Source: an uncultured delta proteobacterium (GTDB lineage Bacteria > Myxococcota_A > Polyangia > Fen-1088). Taken from it: DNA of 64,000 nucleotides. Location of the stretch: contig CAWKJE010000016.1 in the NCBI GenBank assembly GCA_963849735.1, positions 54,086-118,085 on the forward strand, read 5' to 3'. Both the position numbers and the translations under genes were made by a program. Under the pieces are notes generated by a model. The model worked only from the letters and a program-made list of their open reading frames with translations. It had not been told where the DNA came from and did not search any database. Of this stretch, positions 38,788 through 47,699 are shown piece by piece; the first letter of the stretch is position 1; each line of letters opens with the position of its first letter.

Positions 38788-40047
38788 TCATCCCTCCCCG
38801 ACGAGGCGAGCGAGCAGCCCCGGTTTGACGGCCTCGAGCAGGGCCGAGACATCGCCATCGCGAATAGCGCGCAGGTGCGGCACCAGGTCGAGTAGCTCAC
38901 CCGGCACCTTGCCCGCCAGCACCTGCAGGTCATCGAGTAGGGAATGCTTCAGCTCCGGGTCCCGAGGCGCCTGGTCGAGCAGGCGCGCCAGATCGGAGAT
39001 CGCGTCTTGTCGGGCCCCGAAGTCTGCGGGACGCAGAGCAGGAGAAGTCCCCACCACCACCTTCTCGATCCAGACCTTGCCGCTACCCAGCGCGGCCGCC
39101 TGACTGGTCACCTCGGCGCGCAGCTGATCACGCCCGCCCAGGAAAAGCTCACCGTGTGCGAGGGTCCTGCCGACCAGCTTAACCCGGACGGCCAACGGCC
39201 GGCCGTCCGCCTGCCGCTCGACCAGCTCCGCGAGCTGCCTGCCCACCAGGAACACGACCTCATCCCGGTTGCGGGCCGTGTCGACCGCGACCTCGAGCAT
39301 ATGCCAGCGCACGACGTCGGTGAAAACCCGCTCGATCCCGACGATTTCCCCACCCTCCGCGGTGATGAGCACCGCCCCCCGCGGTCCCGTCTCGCGCACG
39401 TGACGCCCCTGCAGATTGCCGGGGAAGACGATGGGGGGCTGGCGGCTCGGCAGACAATACTCGTGGACGTGCCCTAGCGCCCAGAACTGATACCCGCGAG
39501 CGACCAGGTGTCCCACCGTGCAGGGCGCGTAGCTCCTGTGCGACTCGTATCCCTCGAGGGCGGTGTGGAGCACACCGATGTTCAGCCACCCGGGCACCGG
39601 GTCAGGATAGTGGACGACCAGGTTATCCTCGACCGCGGCCTGCCCGTAACTCTGGCCGTGCAGGGCCACCTGCAGCTCCGGCAGGCGGAAGGTTTCGGGA
39701 CGCTTCTTGCCGAAAACCCGCACGTTGCCCGGCAACAGCAGCCGCCGGGTGACGTCGCTCTGGGCGTCGTGGTTGCCGAAGGCGAGGAAGACGGGGATAC
39801 CTGCCTTCGCCAGCCGTGCCATCTCCTTGACGAAGAAAAGGCCGGTGTTGAAGTCTTTCCATTCCCCGTCGTAGAGATCGCCCGCTATGATCATGAAGGC
39901 CACGCCATCCTCGATGGCACGGCCCACCAGCCCAGAAAAGGCCTCGCGCGTGGCGGAACGGAGCAGATCCGTGGGAGCGTCTCCATAGCCCGCCAGCCCG
40001 GCCAGGGGGCTGTCGAGGTGGATGTCTGCGGTATGGAGGAACTTCAT
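38788..40047 (-). CDS. SbcD/YhaO/Mre11-like calcineurin-type metallophosphoesterase (nuclease subunit)
   Basis: MKFLHTADIHLD...IIAGDLYDG...AFGNHD...LGHVHE are the phosphoesterase motifs I-V. It lies immediately upstream of, and is co-directional with, the AAA ATPase. Confidence 0.75.
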   Translation of the reverse strand: MKFLHTADIHLDSPLAGLAGYGDAPTDLLRSATREAFSGLVGRAIEDGVAFMIIAGDLYDGEWKDFNTGLFFVKEMARLAKAGIPVFLAFGNHDAQSDVTRRLLLPGNVRVFGKKRPETFRLPELQVALHGQSYGQAAVEDNLVVHYPDPVPGWLNIGVLHTALEGYESHRSYAPCTVGHLVARGYQFWALGHVHEYCLPSRQPPIVFPGNLQGRHVRETGPRGAVLITAEGGEIVGIERVFTDVVRWHMLEVAVDTARNRDEVVFLVGRQLAELVERQADGRPLAVRVKLVGRTLAHGELFLGGRDQLRAEVTSQAAALGSGKVWIEKVVVGTSPALRPADFGARQDAISDLARLLDQAPRDPELKHSLLDDLQVLAGKVPGELLDLVPHLRAIRDGDVSALLEAVKPGLLARLVGEG

Positions 40048-40373
40048 GGGGCCTCGGATCAGTTGGCTCACCTTAGCGCCCGGCGCTGACCGCCGTCCAC
40101 ATTCCCACGCGCAGGCCAGCGGGTGAAGGCTGAGCACCACGATCGCAGGACGGCCAGGCTGACGGCGGCAAAATGTGTGCGCTTTGCCCTCGCATCGTCC
40201 TTGCCTATCCCACTGCACATCCGTATAGTACGTGGGTATAGCATACCCGTGGCGGGCGTCGAGGATCTGCGCCGGCAAATCGCGGAATTGGCGGCCAGGT
40301 GGCAGGTTGGACGTGGCGACGACTACGACATTGCCGTGGCCGGGCTGCTCGAACTCGGGTAGACAATGCCGGA

Positions 40374-40955
40374 ATGAAACTGCTTCATTTCGGATGGCTG
40401 GCGCTCGCGGCCTGCGCAACAGGCACAACCGAGGCGACCCCGCCCCGCCTTGCTCCTGCGGTTGCATCGCCGATGGGCATTATCGGCACGGCCGGGCCAT
40501 CCGGCCTGACCGTGGTCGGCGACACCCCTGATCTGCACTTCCGCCTGCTCCTGAGCGGCAATCACGTCGCTATCGGCCATGGCGATGGCAACTTCATCGT
40601 CGACGACATCGAGGCTCAGGTGAGCACGGTGGCGGCGCGCGATATCAGCCCCGCCACCGCCAGCCAGAGCGGAATCGAGCTGCTGCGCACCCATGCGAGG
40701 TGGCAATGCGCACGCATGTCCGAGGCGCTCGGCCACGAGGTGGCGCCGGAAGAGATAGAGATCTTAACATCGGAAAAGATGCCCGCTGCCCTGGTCTGGT
40801 CTGCCGGCGACCTGCTGTACGTGACCGCCGCGTACGACCACAACGTGGTGGCTCTGTCGGTGCGGTCCAAGGCTGGAGTCGACTTGGCCGCCAAGGCCGA
40901 GTATTGGATGGCCTCGCTCTCCGTCTCGCCCTACCCTATCGCATCAGCGCCCTAG
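40374..40955 (+). CDS. Hypothetical lipoprotein
   Basis: MKLLHFGWLALAACATG carries a lipobox. There is no recognisable domain. It sits between the divergent SbcD-like gene and the convergent SNF2 gene. Confidence 0.4.
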   Translation: MKLLHFGWLALAACATGTTEATPPRLAPAVASPMGIIGTAGPSGLTVVGDTPDLHFRLLLSGNHVAIGHGDGNFIVDDIEAQVSTVAARDISPATASQSGIELLRTHARWQCARMSEALGHEVAPEEIEILTSEKMPAALVWSAGDLLYVTAAYDHNVVALSVRSKAGVDLAAKAEYWMASLSVSPYPIASAP

Positions 40956-41020
40956 CGCTCGTCCCCTCTCTCGGAGCTCGGTCGTCGTATTGCACGGGCA
41001 GGAAGACGGTGAAGGTAGAT

Positions 41021-44000
41021 TCATGGACTCTCGGGGCTTTCCTCCTCGACATCGCCTTCTGCCGTGTCCGCGCCGCTGCGACGGATGAGGTCGAGCAGAT
41101 CTTCGCTATCCAGGCGGGCGGCGGCGTCGGCTCCGTCGAGAATGCTGGCGGCGAGCTGACGTTTCTCCTCGTGCAAGGACAGCACGGCCTCCTCGATCGT
41201 GCCACGAGCCACCAGACGGATGACCGTCACGGGGCGCTCTTGACCGATGCGGTGGGCGCGGTCGGTGGCCTGATCTTCGACGGCGGGGTTCCACCAGGGA
41301 TCGAGGTGGATGACGTAGGTGGCGGCGGTGAGATTGAGCCCGGTGCCGCCAGCGCGCAAGGACAGGAGAAACGCATCGGCCTCTCCCGCCTGAAATGCAG
41401 CTACACGCCGGGCGCGCTCCAGTGCCGGCGTTGAGCCGTCGAGGCTAAGAGTGCGCAAGCCAGCCCGGTCGAGGAGCGGTCGGGCGATGTCGAGGAAGCT
41501 GGTAAACTGGCTGAATACCAGGGCACGGTGGCCCTCGTCGCGTAGCTCGACGAGCAAATCGACCAGCGCCGCTAGCTTCGCCGAACCGGCACTGCTGTCC
41601 TTCACCACCAGGCGGGGGTGGCAACACAAGAGCCGCAAGCGGGTTAGCGCAGCGAGAATCTTGATCCGTTGTTGCGCCTCGTCGCCGCCAGTCGCAGCGC
41701 CCGTGGCCAGGCTCTGCAACGCCTCGATGCGCGCGGCTTCGTAAAACCGCCGTTCCAGCGGGCTAAGCTCGATAGTCTGGTTCATCTCGGTGCGCGGCGG
41801 CAGCTCGGGCGCCACCTCGGCCTTGGTCCGGCGCAGGAGGAATGGCCGCACCACCCGGGCCAGGGCGGCTTGGCGAGCGCGGTCGTGGTGGCGCTCGACG
41901 GGCAAAGCAAAGCGCGCTCGGAACTGCTCCCACGAACCGAGCAAGCCCGGGGTCACCAGGCGGAAGATGGCCCATAGCTCGCCCAAGTGATTTTCGATCG
42001 GGGTGCCCGTGAGCGCCACACGGAAGTCGGCCTGCAGATCACGGATGGCCCGGAACCTTTGCGTGAGGGCATTCTTCACCGACTGGGCCTCGTCGACGAT
42101 CAAGGTCGCGAACCTGATGGCGGCCAGGGCTTCGGCGTCGCGCGCGGCGATGGCATAGCTCGTGACCAAGAGATCGCCGTGACCCAGAGCCGCGCACAGG
42201 GCCGCGCGCTCGGGACCGCGGTACACGCGCACCGCGAGCCCGGGCGCGAACTTGGCACTCTCGGCCGCCCAGTTGGCCACCACCGAGGTGGGGGCGATGA
42301 CCAGGGCCGGCCCGAGATCGGAGCGCCGCAGGAGCAGCGCCAAAGCCTGCAGGGTCTTACCGAGTCCCATGTCGTCGGCCAAACAAGCACCGAGGCCCCA
42401 CGTCGCGAGCCGGGCGAGCCAGCGAAAGCCATCCTCTTGGTAGTGGCGCAGGCAGGCCTGCAAGCCCGCCGGCAACACCGCCGCGTCGCCCCGCGCGGCC
42501 TCGATCTTGCCCAGCACGGCACGAAAGGCCGGCACCAGGTCGAGCTGGCGCGGATCCTCCACTACGTCGGCCAACACCGGCGCGGCCAGCAAACCGATCT
42601 CGAGAGCGCCCTGGTTGTCGAACACCACGTCGTCGAGGGCGGCCAGCTTATCGCGCAGATCGTCCTCGATGGCGGCAAAGCGGCGCGGACCCAGCTTCAC
42701 GAAGCGCCGCCCCGCCCGCACCGCGGCCAACAACTCCAACAGCGAAATCTGCATGTCGTCGATCTCTGCCCCACCCTCGGCCCCGAACCAATCGCGCCGG
42801 CGGCTCACCGCGACCTTGAGCGATGTGCGAAAGACCCGATCCACACGGATCTCACCCGCCGGCCACTCGATGGAGCCGAGCTCGGGCAGTCCGCGCAGCT
42901 TGCCCAGCACTTCCAGTGCGCTTCTGTCGTCGCTCACGTCCCAGCACCATGGCCCGCTCGACGTGGCGTCGTCGAGGCCCAACGCCTGCGCCAGGTGAGC
43001 GCCCCGCTCGCGCTCGGCCCCGAGGGGGCGGGGCGAATGCAGGCGTCGCCCATCACGCGCCAGCATGACCTCGGGCGGGCCCTCACCGGGCGCGAAGACC
43101 GGGCCGTCGGCAATGGGGCGCACCACCATCGCTATGCGTAAGCCCGACTCGGGCAGCGGCTCCAACCTACACACGATGGTGGTCGGCGGTTCCACCTGTT
43201 CGCCGCGTACCCCATCGGGCAAGTGCACGTCCAGCGAGTCTTGCATGCGCGGCAGACGGAGCACCAGCTCGTCGACCGCCTCGTTCGGCAGCACCACGGG
43301 AAACTTGGCCATGGCCCCCAAGAGCGCCATAGCATCGGAGCCCAGCAGCGCCAGCACACAAAGGTGGCGCTCCTCGTCCAGCCACACCAGGTGGCGCCCA
43401 TCCTCGACCAAAGTCAGCAGCACCCCTGGATCGACCTCCACCCCGCCCAAGCTGGTACGCAAGCGGAACCCACCCTCCACCTCGTCCAGGGTCAAGGCCA
43501 CCCTCGCCTTGCGTACTGACAACGGGGTGGACCGATCGGCAGCGAACACCCGCGACGAGCCCGCCAAGGCAGCGAGCGCTCGCCAGCCCTGGCGTGGGTT
43601 CAGAGACTGCGAACGCCTGTAGTAGTAGGCGCTTGGCTCTCGGGCATCCATCAACACTTCGAAGACGGCCTGGTCCGCGGGATCGCGACGCACGGCTCCC
43701 TGGTCATCGAGGCTCTCCAGACTCAGGCGCTGGCCTCGCGACCAAGCCCCCCGCTTGCCCAATTTCTGCACGATCGGAAGCACGGATATGCCCTCGGGCT
43801 GGCGCGAGATCTGCCAGATGAGTCGTTGGGATTCCTCGGCCGCCGGAACCGCGACTTGGGCTAGCCGGGAGTCGAGGTGGCCGAGCAAGCGCGACCAGCC
43901 GGGAACTCGCAGTATGGGTGCGAGCAGATCGGCCAGCGCGTCCGCCGGATCGCACAAGGCCGCGCTGATCTCCTCGAGGGCCGTCACCACGTGGACACAG

Positions 44001-45019
44001 GACGAGCGATCGCGACAGCGTTTGCACACGAAGCCGAGCTGGCCGCTGTCCCACGCCGCCAGCCGCACGGTCAAGAAGGGCTGGCCTGCCGAGCTAGTAG
44101 GCACGCCCCCCTCGGAGATGTGCCATTCCCGGTAGCCGAGCTCGGGTGGATCTGCCTGCAGGGTGATCCGGCCGGGTAGGAAAGTCCCCGCCGGGCGCAA
44201 CGGGCATTGGGCAGCCACCTGGTCGCGACGGTCCCGAACCAGCTGCAAGAAGCGCAATAGGTTGGGATCGGAAGGCAAGCGGGCGCGGGCCGTACGTTCG
44301 GCCTGGAGATGCGTCATCGAGGCCAGCACATGGGCCGCCCGGTGCAGGTATGCCTTGGCCGAGGACACCAAGTGCTCAGCCAACTCGGCCCGAAAGAATC
44401 TCGGTGCCGCCACGGTTTTGGCCGTCACCAGCACGGCATCGCGCACGGTCCGAGGCAACTGTTGCGGGGGAAAGCCATAAAAATTGTCAGCCGACGTCGA
44501 TGGGTACGGATCCCCCAAACGCTCGCTCACGCCGTGGCGCTCGCACCACGCCTCGAGGGCCTTGATCTCCGTAGGCGGAGCCAGGATGCTGGGCGAGGCA
44601 GTTGTCTCCGCTGCCAGGCGGCCGCGCTCGGGGACAGGGATGGCGATTTTCGCGAGACCGGTCGCGGGCTCATCGTCGTCAAAGTCGTCGAAGTCGTCGA
44701 GGTCATCGAAGTCATCTGGGTCATTGTGGTCATCGGGCCTGCCGGCGGGGGGCGAGTCGCTGAGCCAGTTCCACAAGTGGTCCCGCACGTTAGCGGCGAC
44801 CTCGGAAGAAAAGCGATTCGCAACCAAGACCTCGGCCTCCTCACGGCACAGGTCCCGGACCTGCCGACACCGCAGTATGGATGAAACCACCTTCACCACG
44901 CGCCTGACCGCCGAGGGCAGCCCGACAAGGAATTCCGCAACAGGAGCGGAGAGCAGAAATTCCTGGCTATCGACATGGAGAGCTGCAGGAATGGCGGCGA
45001 ACGATGTGGGTGCGGGCAT
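41021..45019 (-). CDS. SNF2-family helicase with N-terminal SWIM zinc finger
   Basis: SWIM CxC-Xn-CxH (FVCKRCRDRSSCVHVV). SNF2_N (LADDMGLGKTLQALALL...DEAQSVKN). Helicase_C (LLSLRAGGTGLNLTAATYVIHLDPWWNPAVEDQATDRAHRIGQ). There is an acidic DDF-repeat tract near the N-terminus. Confidence 0.85.
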   Translation of the reverse strand: MPAPTSFAAIPAALHVDSQEFLLSAPVAEFLVGLPSAVRRVVKVVSSILRCRQVRDLCREEAEVLVANRFSSEVAANVRDHLWNWLSDSPPAGRPDDHNDPDDFDDLDDFDDFDDDEPATGLAKIAIPVPERGRLAAETTASPSILAPPTEIKALEAWCERHGVSERLGDPYPSTSADNFYGFPPQQLPRTVRDAVLVTAKTVAAPRFFRAELAEHLVSSAKAYLHRAAHVLASMTHLQAERTARARLPSDPNLLRFLQLVRDRRDQVAAQCPLRPAGTFLPGRITLQADPPELGYREWHISEGGVPTSSAGQPFLTVRLAAWDSGQLGFVCKRCRDRSSCVHVVTALEEISAALCDPADALADLLAPILRVPGWSRLLGHLDSRLAQVAVPAAEESQRLIWQISRQPEGISVLPIVQKLGKRGAWSRGQRLSLESLDDQGAVRRDPADQAVFEVLMDAREPSAYYYRRSQSLNPRQGWRALAALAGSSRVFAADRSTPLSVRKARVALTLDEVEGGFRLRTSLGGVEVDPGVLLTLVEDGRHLVWLDEERHLCVLALLGSDAMALLGAMAKFPVVLPNEAVDELVLRLPRMQDSLDVHLPDGVRGEQVEPPTTIVCRLEPLPESGLRIAMVVRPIADGPVFAPGEGPPEVMLARDGRRLHSPRPLGAERERGAHLAQALGLDDATSSGPWCWDVSDDRSALEVLGKLRGLPELGSIEWPAGEIRVDRVFRTSLKVAVSRRRDWFGAEGGAEIDDMQISLLELLAAVRAGRRFVKLGPRRFAAIEDDLRDKLAALDDVVFDNQGALEIGLLAAPVLADVVEDPRQLDLVPAFRAVLGKIEAARGDAAVLPAGLQACLRHYQEDGFRWLARLATWGLGACLADDMGLGKTLQALALLLRRSDLGPALVIAPTSVVANWAAESAKFAPGLAVRVYRGPERAALCAALGHGDLLVTSYAIAARDAEALAAIRFATLIVDEAQSVKNALTQRFRAIRDLQADFRVALTGTPIENHLGELWAIFRLVTPGLLGSWEQFRARFALPVERHHDRARQAALARVVRPFLLRRTKAEVAPELPPRTEMNQTIELSPLERRFYEAARIEALQSLATGAATGGDEAQQRIKILAALTRLRLLCCHPRLVVKDSSAGSAKLAALVDLLVELRDEGHRALVFSQFTSFLDIARPLLDRAGLRTLSLDGSTPALERARRVAAFQAGEADAFLLSLRAGGTGLNLTAATYVIHLDPWWNPAVEDQATDRAHRIGQERPVTVIRLVARGTIEEAVLSLHEEKRQLAASILDGADAAARLDSEDLLDLIRRSGADTAEGDVEEESPESP

Positions 45020-45282
45020 GGACGCGAAATCCTACGTCCATGGCTAGCACAGGCCACGATGACTAGAATGTAATTCACCTCATCATGTGTATCTGGTGAC
45101 ATCTTCGATCGCGGCCATGGTCGGGAAGTGCGGCACAGCGTCAGGCGCGTCGAAGCCGGTATGAACCGCCACTGCCAGGATGGCCGTCGCGGGATCCCTC
45201 GAGCAGTACGCTACCGAATTGCCGACCGGGTTGCCTCGGCCGCCGGCGATCTCGGCACCCTTGCCGCTATCCCCAATCCGCA

Positions 45283-45678
45283 TCAGCGGTTCGCGAGAGT
45301 GCGAAATCCTTTCCCGCGCAGCAACCGTTGGTCACTGGTCACCAGGGTCAGGTCGTAAGCGGCCGCGCTAGCCGCCAAGAAGCGATCTGCCGGATCGTCG
45401 TGCTCGGCTTGGATGCTCCGGCTATAGAGCGCCACCTCGAAGGTTAGCCGAGCATCGTGCATGGGCACCTTGGCCAGCGCGGCCTCGACCCAATCCCGGG
45501 GGCTGCCCCGCACCGACACCCGCCCCCGCTCGGCCAGCAGCAGGAACTCCCACACGCTGATCGGCGACAGCCACAGCTCCGTCTCGCGAGCAAGCAGCAA
45601 CTGCGCCACACGCCGGGAAAGGTGCTCGGGGGCGAGGTGGCTCCAGATCCAGATGTGCGTGTCGAGGAGCAGCTTCAC
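45283..45678 (-). CDS. vapC: PIN-domain ribonuclease toxin
   Basis: GTG start with a GGGAGG SD. PIN acidic tetrad positions are VKLLLDTHIW (D), WEF (E), DPADRFL (D) and LVTSDQRL (D). It overlaps the upstream antitoxin by 4 nt. Confidence 0.75.
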   Translation of the reverse strand: MKLLLDTHIWIWSHLAPEHLSRRVAQLLLARETELWLSPISVWEFLLLAERGRVSVRGSPRDWVEAALAKVPMHDARLTFEVALYSRSIQAEHDDPADRFLAASAAAYDLTLVTSDQRLLRGKGFRTLANR

Positions 45679-45914
45679 TTGGTCGCCTCCCAGCCGACCA
45701 ACGCACTCGACGGACCAGTTATGTCGTGCGCGATTGCCGCGGTACCCCGCATGTCGCCCAACCAGTTGCGCGTCGCCGGCGGAGGGGTGGGGGGAATGAT
45801 CTCCGCCACCGGCTTGCCAAAGCGAGTGACCTGCAAAGGCCGCCCTGTCCTCCGCACCCGTTCGAGCGCCGCCAGGCAAGTCGCCTTGAACTTCGAAATC
45901 GGCATGCTCTCCAT
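45675..45914 (-). CDS. Phd/YefM-family antitoxin
   Basis: MESMPISKFKATCLAALERVRRTGRPLQVTRFGKPVAEIIPP is a typical Phd/YefM N-terminus. The exact start codon is uncertain. Confidence 0.55.
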   Translation of the reverse strand: MESMPISKFKATCLAALERVRRTGRPLQVTRFGKPVAEIIPPTPPPATRNWLGDMRGTAAIAHDITGPSSALVGWEATK

Positions 45915-46082
45915 GATCTGGCGATCCATTGCTTCATTATTACCATGGTCAACGACCATGGTCCAATCGGCGTCGAGGCTCTGGGCCACCCGAAAGGCGT
46001 TAGGCACTGGAGCTCAGTTGTCGGTAAACGGGCCGGAGCGCTGCTTGGGTGCCGTGCCGCCTTGCGCTCTAGATCGCGTGCC

Positions 46083-47237
46083 TCACCCCGCCAGCCGGTT
46101 GCTGTACACGCGCGGCACGCGGGTGTTGATGCTGGTGAGCACCTCGTGCGGGATGGTGTTGGCCCAGGCAGCCATCTCTTCGATGGTGACGCCCGGGCCA
46201 TCGCCTCCTAGTAGCACTGCCTCGTCGCCGTTCCAGGCACTGTCCCAGCCGATGGCCACCATTACCTGGTCCATGCAAATGGTCCCGACCACGGGATAGC
46301 GGCGGCCGCGGATGACGACTTGGGCTTTGCCCGACATGGAGCGCAGGTAGCCGTCGCCGTAGCCCACGGGCAAGGTCACTACCCGGGTCTCGGCGTCGGC
46401 CTGCCATCGGGCGCCGTAGCTCACACTGGCGCCGGGCTGGATCACCTTGAAGTAGACGACCTGGGAGGACCAGCGCAAGGCCGCCCGGACGGGCAGGGTG
46501 CGCGCGATGTGGGGGGAGGGATAGGCGCCGTAGAGCAAGATGCCGGGCCGCACCATGTCCAGCCGTGCCTCGGGTAGCTGCAGCACCGCCCCGGAGTTGG
46601 AGATGTGGCGGGTCGGACAGGGCAGCGAGTGGACGCGGTAGAAATCGACCGTCTCCAGGAAGCGCTCGAGTTGCAGGTGCGCGAAGGAGAGGTCCTCCGC
46701 GTCGGCAGTGGCGAAGTGGGAAAAGATACCCTCCACCTTGGTATGACGACAGCGTAGCGACGCCTCCAACAGTTTGGCCGCGTTGTGCCAGTGCACGCCG
46801 ATGCGCTCCATCCCCGTGTCGACCTTCAAATGCACGCGCGCGGTCCGCCCCAGCGCCGCCGCGCAACTCTCGATGGCGCCGAGCTTGTCGAGCGACGAGG
46901 CGGTAAGTATCAGATCGTGGGCGAGGAAGAGGGGAATCTGCTCACCCACGATGCCGCCCATCACGAGCACCGGCGCCCGCACTCCCGCGCTGCGCAAGCG
47001 GAGGCCCTCTTCGAGGTAAGCAACGCCGAGGCAGGGTGCGCCCAAGCGGTCGAAATGGCGGCCAACCTCTACCAGCCCGTGGCCGTAGGCATTGGCCTTG
47101 AGCACCACGAGCACGGGCACGCCGGTCAGCTGGCGCAAGAGCTGGTAGTTGGCCGTGAGCTGGCCCAGGTCAACGTGCAACGCAGTTGGTCGCGGCCCCT
47201 GCCCCAGCGCGATCGTCGGCTCGTTGATCTCCGGCAT
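46083..47237 (-). CDS. alr: Alanine racemase
   Basis: PLP-binding N-terminus VLKANAYGHGL and a full-length Alr fold. The start is at 47237. Confidence 0.85.
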   Translation of the reverse strand: MPEINEPTIALGQGPRPTALHVDLGQLTANYQLLRQLTGVPVLVVLKANAYGHGLVEVGRHFDRLGAPCLGVAYLEEGLRLRSAGVRAPVLVMGGIVGEQIPLFLAHDLILTASSLDKLGAIESCAAALGRTARVHLKVDTGMERIGVHWHNAAKLLEASLRCRHTKVEGIFSHFATADAEDLSFAHLQLERFLETVDFYRVHSLPCPTRHISNSGAVLQLPEARLDMVRPGILLYGAYPSPHIARTLPVRAALRWSSQVVYFKVIQPGASVSYGARWQADAETRVVTLPVGYGDGYLRSMSGKAQVVIRGRRYPVVGTICMDQVMVAIGWDSAWNGDEAVLLGGDGPGVTIEEMAAWANTIPHEVLTSINTRVPRVYSNRLAG

Positions 47238-47699
47238 GACTGCCCCTGTGTACCACGAGAGCCCGATGGGCGAATTAGGCTTGACGGCCTCTTCGTGCAG
47301 AGTCGCATCGTCGAAGCCTCGACCCGGGCTTCCCCGCGTCCTCCTCTAAGCCCCCATGCGGCGGAGCTGTGCCGCATGGCGCCATGGCTTGCGGCTTGAG
47401 AGCGAGACCAGCAAGTGTCACCATGCCCCTGTCCACGATCGTTCGTAGAGTTGTGCATGGCAAACCTCGCGGCAGGCATCTACGCCATAATGATCATTGC
47501 CCCTACCTCACCGGCCGCCGACTCGGCTTTCCTGGCGGCCGAGCATGGATTTGGGTTACGGTATCCACGGGATCTTCCCAACAGTAGTGGCCGATGCTAT
47601 CGCGGCGGTGGTGGTGCTCGAGACCCACGATCCAGCTGCGGTCACGAGCGTGACCGGGCGGACAGCAGCACGACTGCCGAGGCGTGGTCCTAATAGGCT

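Noticed and set aside
40299-40373. Upstream extension of the lipoprotein ORF (track start 40299)
   Set aside because: The signal peptide begins at the internal ATG 40374 (MKLLHF...). The upstream residues are Arg-rich and have no start context.
41021-45019. Labelling the SNF2/SWIM protein as DISARM DrmD or another named defence helicase
   Set aside because: No DrmA/B/C, methyltransferase, PglZ or other partner genes are present in the neighbourhood. SWIM-SNF2 proteins are widespread stand-alone genes.
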